64,000 nucleotides of DNA from a virus: the IMG/VR virus record IMGVR_UViG_3300027906_000002, positions 96,001 to 160,000 of that record; one strand, written 5' to 3'. The first letter of the stretch is position 1, and each line of letters begins with the position of its first letter. Shown piece after piece: positions 9,778 through 21,294 of this stretch. The notes below the pieces were generated by a model. It searched no databases. It saw only the letters and a list, made by a program, of their open reading frames with translations, and was not told the DNA's origin. The translations under genes were made by a program, and so were the position numbers.

Positions 9778-11891
9778 GAACAGTTCAAGATGGATATGTA
9801 ATTGGAGATTTGGTTCAGGATTATATTTGGGATACTACTGTTGGTACTTTGGATGAGCATAATGGTAAATTCGCTGTTACTCCTGAATATCCAAATGGAA
9901 CCTATGCATACTTCTTAACAGAGAATGCTAGTGGGGTTCCAACTTACCCTTATGCAATTGGACCAACAATGTATGGTACTCCTTTGTTTGAGGGTGATAT
10001 TGTTCCTACTCAACCAGATACATTCCCAGCTGGTGCAGCAGGAGATATTGTATTGAATACTGATGGTACTGTCAGTTATGTTAAGATGACCAAAAAAGGT
10101 GATAACTATTTTGGTTCAGCAACAGCAAGAATATTAGGTGGAGAAGGTGCTGGTGCTACAGGAACACCTACTGTACAGACAATTACGGGTTTATCACTAT
10201 TACAAGGTGGAAGAGATTATGCCACACCTCCAACACTTATCTTTGAAGGTGGTGGAGGTCAAGGTGCTCAAGGTGCTGCTGAGATTGATACACTTGGTAA
10301 AGTTACTAATATTAGTATTGTAGATGAGGGTGAGTATTATCAAGAACCTCCTTATATTCTTATTAATGGTGGTGGTGGAATTGGTGCTAAAGCTATAGCA
10401 AAAGTTACTCAAGGTGTTGTTACTGATATTGAAATTACAGATCCAGGTAGCGGATATATTGATCAACCGAAAGTAATATTTACAAAATTAGTTAACTTAA
10501 AACGTAAATCTAGATCTAGACAGGCATACAATTCTATTGCTGGTTTCCTTACTGGTCTTGTTAAGAATGTACAAAAGTCTGATACTGAATTGTATGTTGA
10601 TTCTACTGATGCTTTCCCTGGTTCTGGTGAGTTAATCCTCAATAAAGAAACTATTGCATATACAGCTAAATCTAAAGGTAAATTCTCTGGTCTAACTAGA
10701 GGAGTTAATTTCAATTTTGATCAGAGAATTATTCTTGATTCTGGACAAATTGATGGTGATGGTAATTCAACTTATAAGTTTAATGTTAATGATAGAGTTA
10801 TTAGAAAAATTGAAAGTGAAGCTAATAAAGTTGCGAAGGTATATGACTGGGATCCAACAACTAGAGAATTGTTAGTAACATTTGAAGTTGATGAATTGGC
10901 ATTTATTGATGCTGGAATACCATCAACTGAAGATGCTATTGTTCAATTTGATGCTGGTCTTGCAGGATCTGCCCCAGGTGGGTTTAATCCTCATGTTCTC
11001 TTAGATGTAGATTCTACTGAAGGTGTATATATTGTAGCTTTGACAGAACCAATATCTCAAGTAATAGATAAAGAATTTGAAGATAATGATGAATTGGATG
11101 GTGCTGGAGATGGAATTATAGATCTTGTTAACTCAGGAACTGATTATGAAAATCAAATAAATCTTGATGGTGGTATTCATACTTCATTATATGGTATTGA
11201 AGAAACTCAAGGTGGTCAGAATACAACTTTATTCCAAGTTGGTGATCAGGTTAAAGATGGTAGTTTGCCATTTAAGTATGCTACAGTTAGTGATGCAGGT
11301 ACTTTAACTGATGGTGTTCCACATGCTGCACTCATAAATTTATATCTAGATCCTAATCTTTCTAATGGATTGAGTTTCGGTGTTAACGAAATTGTTACTG
11401 GATCTGTTTCTGGTGTTAGAGCAAATGTAGTTTCTTGGGATCCAGTTAATACCATACTTACAGTTCAGGATATAACTCCATTTAATACTGGTGATGTTAA
11501 TGTAGGTATAGGTGGATATTTGTATGAGTTTTCACATGATAGTACTGTAGTTGATTTTGTAATTCAAAGTCCAGGTACTAACTATACAGCAGTTCCAACA
11601 GTAACAGTTGAGAATATTGGTGATATACAATGTCAAGCAACTGTTAATTTAACATCTGCTCAAGACCAAGTTGCTTCATGCACCATTACTAATGGTGGTT
11701 ATGGAATCGTTGCATCGGTTGATAATACATATAACACACACCCAACAGTAACTTTTGTTAATGCTGTAGGAGATTCTACTGGAAATGGAGCAGCTGCTGC
11801 AGTAATTTTGGGTGGAGAAGACATCATGGGTAATAGCGGTGCTACTTACAGACTCAAGAGAATTGAGTATTCTGCACAACTCCGTTCGTAA
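9738..11891 (+). CDS. gp7: Baseplate wedge initiator gp7-like, C-terminal part (-1 frame relative to 6781..9777)
   Basis: Completes the YHYH domain (TLDEHNGKFAVTPEYPNGTYAYF) and carries GGGG.GA.A baseplate repeats. The frame is open from 9714 (TGA at 9711-9713); the predicted start is TTG, so probably not an independent start. Confidence 0.7.
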   Translation: MYTFGYTTSGIGIRTVQDGYVIGDLVQDYIWDTTVGTLDEHNGKFAVTPEYPNGTYAYFLTENASGVPTYPYAIGPTMYGTPLFEGDIVPTQPDTFPAGAAGDIVLNTDGTVSYVKMTKKGDNYFGSATARILGGEGAGATGTPTVQTITGLSLLQGGRDYATPPTLIFEGGGGQGAQGAAEIDTLGKVTNISIVDEGEYYQEPPYILINGGGGIGAKAIAKVTQGVVTDIEITDPGSGYIDQPKVIFTKLVNLKRKSRSRQAYNSIAGFLTGLVKNVQKSDTELYVDSTDAFPGSGELILNKETIAYTAKSKGKFSGLTRGVNFNFDQRIILDSGQIDGDGNSTYKFNVNDRVIRKIESEANKVAKVYDWDPTTRELLVTFEVDELAFIDAGIPSTEDAIVQFDAGLAGSAPGGFNPHVLLDVDSTEGVYIVALTEPISQVIDKEFEDNDELDGAGDGIIDLVNSGTDYENQINLDGGIHTSLYGIEETQGGQNTTLFQVGDQVKDGSLPFKYATVSDAGTLTDGVPHAALINLYLDPNLSNGLSFGVNEIVTGSVSGVRANVVSWDPVNTILTVQDITPFNTGDVNVGIGGYLYEFSHDSTVVDFVIQSPGTNYTAVPTVTVENIGDIQCQATVNLTSAQDQVASCTITNGGYGIVASVDNTYNTHPTVTFVNAVGDSTGNGAAAAVILGGEDIMGNSGATYRLKRIEYSAQLRS

Positions 11892-11895
11892 TACA

Positions 11896-11903
11896 CATAA
11901 ATA
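11896..11903 (+). promoter_or_regulatory. T4-type late promoter (CATAAATA)
   Basis: Intergenic, 26 nt upstream of the gp8 ATG. Confidence 0.75.
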
Positions 11904-11929
11904 AACAAGAGGACAATAGTCACTAGGAA

Positions 11930-13462
11930 ATGGCAGCTCTATTAACTGATCAATTTAGAATATTTTCGGCACAGAAATTCATAAAAGCTCTTGAAGGTCC
12001 AGATGCGACTCAAAGTGATGATGCTGCTGGAACTTCTCGTGATCGCATATACTTATTCATTGGAAGACCGCAAAGTTGGGACAATGAAAACTCACCACCG
12101 CAAGCAGTAGATTCTTTCGCAGAATTTTCTGGATCATATGATGATATGATATCCCTTAAAAGGGTTCTTGCTGCGGATACGGTTCAGGTTGCTCGTAGGA
12201 TTGACTGGGTTTCACCAGAACAAACTACTGGTGGATTAGGTTTTACCTATGACATGTACAGACATGACTATTCTCCTAGTAGAACTGCTGCCTCTGGTGC
12301 TACTAAACTATATGATTCTGATTTTTACGTTGTAAATTCCCAGTATCAAGTTTATAAGTGCATCTATAACGGAACTTCCCCTAGTGATCCTAACGGAAAA
12401 CCCTCTACAGTTGAACCTACTGGTACTAGTACCTCTATTGTTACAACTGGTGATGGATATCGTTGGAAGTATATGTATACTATTCCAGTTGCATCTGTTC
12501 TTAAGTTCTTTAGTAATGACTATATGCCAGTCTTTACTAATGACGCAGTGAAAACTAACGCAGTTGAGGGTGAAATTGACACTATTGTTATTACTGCTGC
12601 TGGTGCTGGTTACAACAACGGCACTTACGATAACGTCGCCATTAATGGTGATGGAACTGGTGGTAGGGTTAGTATTGTTGTTGATGGTGGTAAGATCATT
12701 TCTGCTACCGTTACTTCTGGTGGTACTGGATATACCTTTGGTAAAATTTCTGTTGATAATATTACTGGTATTGGTACTGGTCAAGGCGGTCAAGTCGATG
12801 TAATTATTCCACCTCCAGGTGGTCATGGACATGATACTATTGTTGAACTTGGTGCATTCCGAGTTATGATCAACGCCAAACTCTCTTATGATGAGGGTGC
12901 TGGTGACTTCCCTATTGATAATGACTATCGTCGTATTGGTTTAATCACCAATCCACTTAAGTTTGGTACAACTGAGTTGATTGCTGATTTAACGGTTTCT
13001 GCTACTAAAGCAGTTATCTTTGCACCAACATTCCAGGGTAACTACGTTCCTGATGAAATCATTACTCAGACACGTGTTGTTGGTGGTACAAACGTTACCT
13101 CTCGTGCAAGAGTTATTTCATGGAATGCTACAACAAAAGTTCTGAAATATTATCAGAATGCTGTTGATGGTATTTTCCCTGAAGTTACAGGTACTCAAAA
13201 CGAATTTGATGGATCTAATGTTATTAGTGGATCAACTTCGGGTGCTGCTGGACAACCAGACGTTAACTTCCCTGCTGTACCAAATACTTCTTCTAGAACT
13301 ATTAACAATACTGAATATGATCTTGGTATGAAATTTAACTCTGGATATGCTAAACCAGAGATTAAGTCAAATAGCGGTCAGGTTGTTTACATAGATAATA
13401 GAAGATCAATCAGTCGTGCAAACGACCAAGTAGAAGACATTAAAATCGTAATCGAGTTCTAA
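11930..13462 (+). CDS. gp8: Baseplate wedge subunit gp8
   Basis: MAALLTDQFRI start, YVVNSQYQVYKCIYNG, DGYRWKYMYTI and a terminal YIDNR...RANDQVEDIKIVIEF, all characteristic of gp8. Confidence 0.9.
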   Translation: MAALLTDQFRIFSAQKFIKALEGPDATQSDDAAGTSRDRIYLFIGRPQSWDNENSPPQAVDSFAEFSGSYDDMISLKRVLAADTVQVARRIDWVSPEQTTGGLGFTYDMYRHDYSPSRTAASGATKLYDSDFYVVNSQYQVYKCIYNGTSPSDPNGKPSTVEPTGTSTSIVTTGDGYRWKYMYTIPVASVLKFFSNDYMPVFTNDAVKTNAVEGEIDTIVITAAGAGYNNGTYDNVAINGDGTGGRVSIVVDGGKIISATVTSGGTGYTFGKISVDNITGIGTGQGGQVDVIIPPPGGHGHDTIVELGAFRVMINAKLSYDEGAGDFPIDNDYRRIGLITNPLKFGTTELIADLTVSATKAVIFAPTFQGNYVPDEIITQTRVVGGTNVTSRARVISWNATTKVLKYYQNAVDGIFPEVTGTQNEFDGSNVISGSTSGAAGQPDVNFPAVPNTSSRTINNTEYDLGMKFNSGYAKPEIKSNSGQVVYIDNRRSISRANDQVEDIKIVIEF

Positions 13463-13467
13463 CCCGA

Positions 13468-16400
13468 ATGGCACAAAATACTAACCTAAACGTAACACCG
13501 TATTACGACGACTTTGATAAAGATAAGAATTTTTATCGAGTGCTGTTCCGTCCTGGATTTCCTATACAGGCAAGGGCACTTACGACAATGCAGAGTATTC
13601 TGCAGAATCAGATTGAGTCTATGGGAACTGCAACCTTCAAAGAAGGTGCAATGGTTATTCCAGGACAGGTTGGTTATGACTTAAATGTACAAGCAATATT
13701 GATCCAAGAGTCATTCCTTGGTAGTGAAGTTGAAACGTATAGAGAACAGTTAGACGGAACTATTATTGAAGGTTTGACAACAGGTGTTAGAGCAAAAGTA
13801 CTTTATAGTATTTCTGCAACTGAGTCAGAGAAAGGTTATATCACGTTATATGTTAAGTATATTGATTCTGGTGATACTACATCATCAACATCATCTAAGA
13901 CTTTCCAAATTAATGAGCAGTTGATTGCTGATAAAGAGATTACATTTGGATCAACTCTTATTGAAATTGGTACTCCATTCGCACAGTTACTTCCAGTAAA
14001 TGCTACTGAGGTTGGATCTGCTGCTTATATTAGTGAAGGTGTTTATTATATTAGAGGGCATTTTATAAATGTTCCAACTGCATATTTACTATTAGATCAG
14101 TATGGTAATAATCCATCTTATAGGGTTGGTTTAGAAGTTTTAGAATCTATTATAACTCCAGAAGATGATGAGAGTTTGAATGATAATGCTGCTGGTACTT
14201 CAAACTATTCCGCACCAGGTGGTCATAGATTTAGAATTAAGACACAATTTGTTAAGAGATTAATCAGTGATGATGCTGATAAAGATTTCATAGAACTATT
14301 AAGAATTAATAAGAGTAGAGTAGAGAATTTTGTTAACAGAACTGCATATAGTGAATTAGAAAGATCAATGGCTCGTCGTACATACGAGGAGTCTGGAGAC
14401 TATGTAATTGATACTTTTGATGTAAAGGTTAGGGAACATCTTAATGATGGATTTAATAATGGTGTGTATGCTTTAAATGATACTTCTGCTGATGGTAATT
14501 TAGCTAATGAAGGAAAACTTGCTATTGAAGTTTCTCCAGGTAAAGCATATGTTAAAGGATATCGTACAGAATTTATTTCACCACAGTATGTTGATGTAGA
14601 TAAGCCTAGAGATTTTGACATGAGTAATAACTCAATTGTCAATTTCAACTTAGGTAACTTTGTAAAAGTCTATGATGTCTTTGGATGGCCAGAGATTTCT
14701 GGTGACGGTGTTACTGATGGGTATCAGACAATAGATCTATATGATACTTGGACTTTAAACGCTACTAATGATGAACCTAGTGGTGGTAATAAGATTGGTA
14801 GATGTAGATGTATTCAGTTACAGGCTGCCTCTACAGCAGCATCAAACTCTTCTCAATCAGGTACTGCAGCTAGTGCTGGAGTATATGATATGTGGTTTTT
14901 TGATGCTCAAATGTTTACTGCTGTTAATATTAACAATGCAGTTCATTCTGCTGTAGCATCAACTCCAGGTATTGCTGCTGGACGTAGAATTGTAGGTAAG
15001 ACATCTGGTGCTACTGGTTATGTTGCAGATACTGGTAACCAAACTCATTATATTCAGTTAGAACATGTATCAGGTAAATTCACTATTGGTGAAATCCTAG
15101 AGCATGATGGTCTTAATGTTGGTACTTTAGAAGCAGCACATACTTATCAGTTAACTGATACAAGATCATCCTTTGGATATACTGGTGGTGGTGCAGTAAG
15201 ATTTGGTTGTAACTGGGTACTTAATGATGTTTGGCCAATTGAATGTACTACTGTCGCTGTTGATCAAGGAAGTAATCAAGAGATTACTGGTTTCCGTACA
15301 AGATTTGAAAATGATCTAAGACCAGGTGATGTAATTACCACAACTGTTTCTGACTTTGAAGGTAAGAATACTCTTCGTATTGAAAGAGTAGATCAGACAG
15401 CTATTGGTGTAACTACATCAAATAAGAAAGCAACGGTTGCCGATGCTGATGTTATCTTTGATTATGCTGCACAGGTAGCAGAACTAGAAGTAGCATCATC
15501 GATGAATGCAGGTGCTATTACCGATGGTGATTATAGTGATGTCGTAAGGTTACGTCCTTTCGTATTCCAAAAGGATTATCAGAATGGAGAACTATCTTTT
15601 GATTTACCAGAAGATACAATGAGATCTATTACTGATGAATCATTCTTTGTATACAGAAACTTTGCATCTAAAACAGTAACCACTGGTTCTATTACATTTA
15701 CAGTTCCTGAGAATGAAGCATTTGGTGCTATGTCTTCAGAGAACTTTACTCTTACTGTTGTAGCTAATGGTGGTAGTGGAACATGGTCTAATGGTCAGAA
15801 TATAGATCTTGATGCTGAGGTTACTGGTGGAAACTTGACAGCAACATATGGTGCTAATAACCAGTCAATCTCTATTGGTGGATTGGGTTCAGTTTCATCT
15901 GTTACATTAACTGCTTTAGTATCTAAGAATACTGTTACTAAGAAGTTGAAGACTGCATCCAAGATGCAAGCATTAAAGGTATTTAAAACTGATCAAAAAT
16001 TAGACACACAACCAACAGGACTAGAGTATAGTTCTTTATATGGTACTAGATGTCAGGATGAGGCAATCTCATTTGGTATTAATGATGTATATAATATTCA
16101 TGCAATATATGAGTCTTATGATAATAATGACGCATCTTCACCATTTGTTATATTAACTGAATCTGTATTCTTTTCTGCAGGTACTCTAATAGAAGGTAAA
16201 ACATCTGGAGCAAGAGGTAGAGTTATTAGTTTTGAGAACTCTGCATTAAAACTTTATTTTGTTGCATTGAATGAAAAACCATTTATTATAGGTGAAACTA
16301 TTAATGGATTTGATGCTGCTGGTGGTGCACTTGCTGGTATCGTTGATGATGGTGCTGGATCAATATTCCTTGGTAGTAAAGTTATTACAGATCAGTATAC

Positions 16401-19400
16401 TTTAGAAGCTGGTCAAAGAACTAATTATTATGATGCTTCTAGACTTACTAGATTACCATCTACTATTGCACCATCAAGAAGACTATTAATTATATTTGAT
16501 TACCTATCACACGAATCTTCAGGTGATTACTTCTCTAATGAATCTTATACTGGTATAAGTTATAAAGAGATTCCTAATTATAAACTTGATGGTTCTATTA
16601 AGTATATTAGAGATCAAATTGACTTCCGTCCAGGCGTAAAAGAATTGCGTAATGGTCAAGGTACTATGGGTTCTCCATATTATGTTAACTGTACTACTTT
16701 TGACTTTGTATCTAGAGTATTCTCTACAGTCAGTGGATCTGGTGCAGCGACTGTCTTTGATATCATGCAGATCAATTCATCATTCAGAGCAGACTATACA
16801 TGGTATCTACCAAGAATTGATTACCTCTATCTTTCACATGATAGTAAATTAAGAGTACAAAAAGGTGTCTCTGGTAAGTTCCTTATTCCACCAGAAAGAG
16901 TTGAGAACTCTATGCTGTTGGCTACTATAGAATATAAGCCATACGTCTTTGATCCAGAAAGAGATTGTCTTATAACTGCAGAAGTTATTCGTCGTTATAC
17001 GATGAAAGATATTGGTGATTTGGAGAATCGTTTAACTAACGTTGAATACTATACATCATTATCAATGCTTGAATCTCAGGCAGATAATACTAAGACATAT
17101 GATGAGAATGGATTTGATAGATTAAAGAATGGATATGTTGTTGATGACTTTACCGATCATACTATTGGGGATGTTTTAAATGCAGATTATAAGTGTTCTC
17201 TAGACTTTAGAGAAGGTCAATTACGACCTCAGCATTACACAACTAACGTTGGGCTTGTATTTAACGAATCAGATTCAACTGATGTAGTTAAGACTGAAGG
17301 TAATGTACTCATGTTACCTTTTGAAGATGAGGCTATTATTACACAGCCATATGCTTCAAGAACTGAGAACATCAACCCATTCAACGTATTCACATTCATT
17401 GGACGTATTGATCTTACTCCAGCATCTGATGACTGGGTTGATATTGAGCGTCTTCCTGCTCGTGTTGAAAACATCGAAGGAGACTTCTCATCCGTATCTA
17501 AGGATATGCAGGTTGATCAAAATGGTTTTGCTCCTATTCAGTGGGGATCTTGGCAGACTAACTGGACTGGTGAAACATTACAATCTTCATCACAACAAAG
17601 AGGTACGTCTGGTACATATGGTATTGGTCGTCAGTTAGGTCGTGCAGGTCACGGTCAGCGTCGTCAAGGTCTATTCTATCTACATGAGCGTCGTACTTAT
17701 CGTGTTGTTAATAATCAGGCACGTCAAGGTGTTCGTTCTAGGGTTGTTCCTAAGATTGAGAGAAGATCATTAGGTGATACAGTTCTTTCTAGAAGTACTA
17801 TTCCTTGGATTAGATCTCGTAATATAGGATTCAACGTTGATCGTATGAAGCCACGTACAAGATTCTATGCATTCTTTGATGGTGTTAACGTTACAAATAA
17901 TCTTACACCTAAAGTAATTGAGATAATTAAAAACTCTACAACTGATGCTCGTACTAATGAGACTCCATTTGTTGTTGGTGAAACAGTTATAGGAGAAACC
18001 TCAAGACTGCAAATAAAGGTTGCTGCACCTGATGATGGATATAAAACTAACCCTTATGGTAAGGGTACTGAAGTTCTTCCAACATCATACTCATCACAAA
18101 CAATATATTTAAATCATGATATAACTGCTATATCAGAAACTGTATCTCCAGATTACTTTGGTAATATGCAGGTTGGTGAGGTTCTAGTTGGACAAACTTC
18201 TGGTGCTAGAGCAGTTGTTAGAGATCGTCGTTTGTTAACAGATAACGTTGGTAACATCCAAGGATGTTTCTTCATACCTTCTCCTAAGAATGATGCTAAC
18301 CCTCGTTGGGCTACAGGTACTAGATCCTTTAGATTTACAACTTCTGAAGAGAATAGTAAGGCATTAGGAGCAGTTGATTCATCTGCAGATACCACATACT
18401 CAGCATCTGGTACTTTACAAACTGTTCAGGAAAATGTCTTGGCAGTTAGAAACGCAGAGATTGTTAGAGATACAGTTAGTGAAGATAGAGTTGTTAGTAC
18501 TACTAGAACAGAATCTAGACAGATTGGTTGGTATGACCCTCTTGCTCAATCATTTATTGTTGAGGAAGAAGGTGGTGTATTCCTTTCAAGTGTTGATCTA
18601 TTCTTCAATACTAAGGATACTAACATTCCAGTTTCTATGCAAATTAGAACAATGGAAAATGGTTATCCAACAAAGACTATTCTACCATTCTCTGACATAA
18701 CAGTTACACCAGATAATATTGAAATATCTGAAACTGCATCTGTTAAGACTAACTTCAAGTTTAAAGCACCTGTATATATTAAGTCATCTACGGAATATTG
18801 TTTCGTTCTTCTTTCAGACTCTAATGAATATAAGATCTGGATTTCTAGAATGGGTGATGTTGATGTAACAGGAACTAGAACTATATCAGAACAGCCTTAT
18901 GCTGGTGTCTTATTTAAGTCACAGAACGCATCTACATGGACTGCTGATCAGTATGAAGACCTTAAGTTTACAATATATCGTGCTAACTTTACAAAGGATC
19001 AAGGTACTGTAGTTCTTAATAACACACCACAAGGTAAGGGTAACGGTGGTGTTCATAGATTAATTAACAACCCAATTCAAACTATTAAACCTAAACAGGT
19101 ATTATCATTAGACCCACAAACAACTCAGTATTCATTTACTGATGGTGCTAGGGTAACTCAAACAGGAACTAATGCACAGGCAACTGTTGTTTCATCTACA
19201 ACGTCTGGATCTGTTGCAGATACTGTTACAGTAACAGATATAACTGGTAACTGGTTAGATGGTTCCACATACATATTAACTTCATATCAAGCAGAAGCAA
19301 CGATAACTGTTGGTTCTGGAACAGGTTCCCTAAGTGTTGGTGAAACTGTAACTGGTGGTTCGTCAGGTATTACTGGACTTGTTAAGAGTTATGTTGGTGC

Positions 19401-20820
19401 TACTCTAATTCTTACCAATGTAACTGGTAGCTTTACTGCCTCAGAAACTATTAGTGAGTCTGGTGGATTCACTGGTAGTGTAAGTAATGTAACTTACTCT
19501 GGAGATGCTCGTGGTGCTTATCTAGCAAGTGTTCCTACATTCGCAGCAGATGATAAAGAGGTATTGATATACCATAGAAACCATTGTATGCACAACAGAA
19601 CAAATAATGTTACTGTTGAAGGTGCTGTATCAGAGATTGCTAATACAACATTAACAAGTGCGTTATCAATAGGAACTACTACCATTAACGTTGAAGATGG
19701 AACTAATTTCCATACTGTTGTTAATGGTGCAGCAATTAGTGCTAGTAATCCTGGATATCTTAAGATCGGTGATGAGATTGTTCAGTACGCTGCAGTTGCA
19801 TCTGATGGTAAATCTATTACAGTAGCTACTGGTGGTAGAGGTGCTAATAGTACTACTGAAGTTGCACACTCTTCAGGTGATATCGTAGAGTGTTATAACC
19901 TAGATGGTATTCCACTTATTGATATTAATAAGACCCATACAAGTATATCTTGTCCTTGGTTAGATACTTATATGCTTCACATAACTGGTGTAGCAACAAA
20001 TGGTATACGTGGTGGTGGTGATCTAATTTGGGCTAGTCAGAATACACAATTTGAAACTATGACACCAAATGTTTCAGTAATGGATTTACCAGAAACTGAC
20101 ATTACTACTACTGTGAATACCACAAGTGCAACTTCTATTGGTAATGGAAGTACTAGTGTTGATCAAGCTTCATTTGTTAATGATGGAACATATGTTCCTA
20201 TCACTCTTAATAATATGAACTTCTTTGATAACCCAAGAATGATTTGTTCTGAAGTTAATGAACTTGCTAAGTTGAGTGGTACTAAGTCACTGACAATGAG
20301 GATTCAATTATCCACAGAGAAGGCTTCATTATCTCCTGTTGTTGACCTTGACAGATGTTCAATGATTACTACAATGAACAGAATCAATAAGTGGCCAGGT
20401 GGTCCTGAAGCATATGGTCAGCAAAACAATATAGATACATCACAGGATGTTTCCGTATTACCATTCGGTGATCAGAATGACGCTGTTTATATAACTCGTC
20501 TTGCAAGATTAGCAAGAGAATCGAGATCTATAAGAGTTGATTTCCAAATGTCACGTCCTCCACAATCTGAAATTAGAGTATACTATAGAGTATTCATGAC
20601 AGGAAGTGGTGATGATGTTGATTCAGTTGGTTGGACTTTAATGCCACCACCACTACAATATGATGATGCACCATCAGAAGAAATTCTGTGGAAGGATTAT
20701 TACTATGAAACTAGCGGATTGAACTTCAATGCATTCCAACTTAAGATTGTAATGAGATCTTCAAATCAAGCTAAAGTACCTTTAATCGCAGACTTACGTG
20801 CTATTTGCCTTGCAACATAA
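13468..20820 (+). CDS. VrlC-like (DUF4815-type) large virion structural protein
   Basis: MAQNTNLNVTPYYDDFD...FYRVLFRPG..IQARALT.MQS start; RFKNG-like RLKNGYVVDDF; DPLAQSF; WTADQYEDLKF. Confidence 0.85.
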   Translation: MAQNTNLNVTPYYDDFDKDKNFYRVLFRPGFPIQARALTTMQSILQNQIESMGTATFKEGAMVIPGQVGYDLNVQAILIQESFLGSEVETYREQLDGTIIEGLTTGVRAKVLYSISATESEKGYITLYVKYIDSGDTTSSTSSKTFQINEQLIADKEITFGSTLIEIGTPFAQLLPVNATEVGSAAYISEGVYYIRGHFINVPTAYLLLDQYGNNPSYRVGLEVLESIITPEDDESLNDNAAGTSNYSAPGGHRFRIKTQFVKRLISDDADKDFIELLRINKSRVENFVNRTAYSELERSMARRTYEESGDYVIDTFDVKVREHLNDGFNNGVYALNDTSADGNLANEGKLAIEVSPGKAYVKGYRTEFISPQYVDVDKPRDFDMSNNSIVNFNLGNFVKVYDVFGWPEISGDGVTDGYQTIDLYDTWTLNATNDEPSGGNKIGRCRCIQLQAASTAASNSSQSGTAASAGVYDMWFFDAQMFTAVNINNAVHSAVASTPGIAAGRRIVGKTSGATGYVADTGNQTHYIQLEHVSGKFTIGEILEHDGLNVGTLEAAHTYQLTDTRSSFGYTGGGAVRFGCNWVLNDVWPIECTTVAVDQGSNQEITGFRTRFENDLRPGDVITTTVSDFEGKNTLRIERVDQTAIGVTTSNKKATVADADVIFDYAAQVAELEVASSMNAGAITDGDYSDVVRLRPFVFQKDYQNGELSFDLPEDTMRSITDESFFVYRNFASKTVTTGSITFTVPENEAFGAMSSENFTLTVVANGGSGTWSNGQNIDLDAEVTGGNLTATYGANNQSISIGGLGSVSSVTLTALVSKNTVTKKLKTASKMQALKVFKTDQKLDTQPTGLEYSSLYGTRCQDEAISFGINDVYNIHAIYESYDNNDASSPFVILTESVFFSAGTLIEGKTSGARGRVISFENSALKLYFVALNEKPFIIGETINGFDAAGGALAGIVDDGAGSIFLGSKVITDQYTLEAGQRTNYYDASRLTRLPSTIAPSRRLLIIFDYLSHESSGDYFSNESYTGISYKEIPNYKLDGSIKYIRDQIDFRPGVKELRNGQGTMGSPYYVNCTTFDFVSRVFSTVSGSGAATVFDIMQINSSFRADYTWYLPRIDYLYLSHDSKLRVQKGVSGKFLIPPERVENSMLLATIEYKPYVFDPERDCLITAEVIRRYTMKDIGDLENRLTNVEYYTSLSMLESQADNTKTYDENGFDRLKNGYVVDDFTDHTIGDVLNADYKCSLDFREGQLRPQHYTTNVGLVFNESDSTDVVKTEGNVLMLPFEDEAIITQPYASRTENINPFNVFTFIGRIDLTPASDDWVDIERLPARVENIEGDFSSVSKDMQVDQNGFAPIQWGSWQTNWTGETLQSSSQQRGTSGTYGIGRQLGRAGHGQRRQGLFYLHERRTYRVVNNQARQGVRSRVVPKIERRSLGDTVLSRSTIPWIRSRNIGFNVDRMKPRTRFYAFFDGVNVTNNLTPKVIEIIKNSTTDARTNETPFVVGETVIGETSRLQIKVAAPDDGYKTNPYGKGTEVLPTSYSSQTIYLNHDITAISETVSPDYFGNMQVGEVLVGQTSGARAVVRDRRLLTDNVGNIQGCFFIPSPKNDANPRWATGTRSFRFTTSEENSKALGAVDSSADTTYSASGTLQTVQENVLAVRNAEIVRDTVSEDRVVSTTRTESRQIGWYDPLAQSFIVEEEGGVFLSSVDLFFNTKDTNIPVSMQIRTMENGYPTKTILPFSDITVTPDNIEISETASVKTNFKFKAPVYIKSSTEYCFVLLSDSNEYKIWISRMGDVDVTGTRTISEQPYAGVLFKSQNASTWTADQYEDLKFTIYRANFTKDQGTVVLNNTPQGKGNGGVHRLINNPIQTIKPKQVLSLDPQTTQYSFTDGARVTQTGTNAQATVVSSTTSGSVADTVTVTDITGNWLDGSTYILTSYQAEATITVGSGTGSLSVGETVTGGSSGITGLVKSYVGATLILTNVTGSFTASETISESGGFTGSVSNVTYSGDARGAYLASVPTFAADDKEVLIYHRNHCMHNRTNNVTVEGAVSEIANTTLTSALSIGTTTINVEDGTNFHTVVNGAAISASNPGYLKIGDEIVQYAAVASDGKSITVATGGRGANSTTEVAHSSGDIVECYNLDGIPLIDINKTHTSISCPWLDTYMLHITGVATNGIRGGGDLIWASQNTQFETMTPNVSVMDLPETDITTTVNTTSATSIGNGSTSVDQASFVNDGTYVPITLNNMNFFDNPRMICSEVNELAKLSGTKSLTMRIQLSTEKASLSPVVDLDRCSMITTMNRINKWPGGPEAYGQQNNIDTSQDVSVLPFGDQNDAVYITRLARLARESRSIRVDFQMSRPPQSEIRVYYRVFMTGSGDDVDSVGWTLMPPPLQYDDAPSEEILWKDYYYETSGLNFNAFQLKIVMRSSNQAKVPLIADLRAICLAT

Positions 20821-21059
20821 TGAATCCAGACGACTTAATACCTGTTGATGGGAAAGAGGGTTGGTATCGGGATCCGAATACCAACGCTATAATCAATGCC
20901 AATCAATCAGAATATGATAAATACATGGCGACTTACAATAAGCGTCAGAAAGAAATTTCGGAAAAGAAGGCTTTACAAAATGATGTTTCTGAGTTAAAAT
21001 CAGAGATAAGTGAGATAAAGTCACTCTTGAAAACGTTAGCTAACAAAACCGTATCATGA
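20820..21059 (+). CDS. Conserved cyanophage hypothetical protein, coiled-coil C-terminus
   Basis: The ATG at 20820 overlaps the upstream stop (TAATG), giving MNPDDLIPVDGKEGWYRDP...; the track's start at 20805 is less likely. Confidence 0.7.
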   Translation: MNPDDLIPVDGKEGWYRDPNTNAIINANQSEYDKYMATYNKRQKEISEKKALQNDVSELKSEISEIKSLLKTLANKTVS

Positions 21060-21292
21060 CAGACCCAGTAGAAAAGGTATCGCAAGAAACGATGCTTGCT
21101 CAATTTAAAGAGCGTTTGCAAAATTTGGTGAATGAAAACCAAGAAGCAGCAAAGAAGATTAAAGATAATGAAGTAGTTGCTTTGAAACTACAAGGTGCTA
21201 TTGAGGCACTGGAATATTATCAAGAAAATCCACCAACACCCGAAGTGGATAACGTAGATATACCTGGTGATGATATCACCGACCAAGAATAA
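21056..21292 (+). CDS. Hypothetical coiled-coil protein
   Basis: ATGA overlap with the upstream gene; ends before a terminator. Confidence 0.7.
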   Translation: MTDPVEKVSQETMLAQFKERLQNLVNENQEAAKKIKDNEVVALKLQGAIEALEYYQENPPTPEVDNVDIPGDDITDQE

Positions 21293-21294
21293 TT

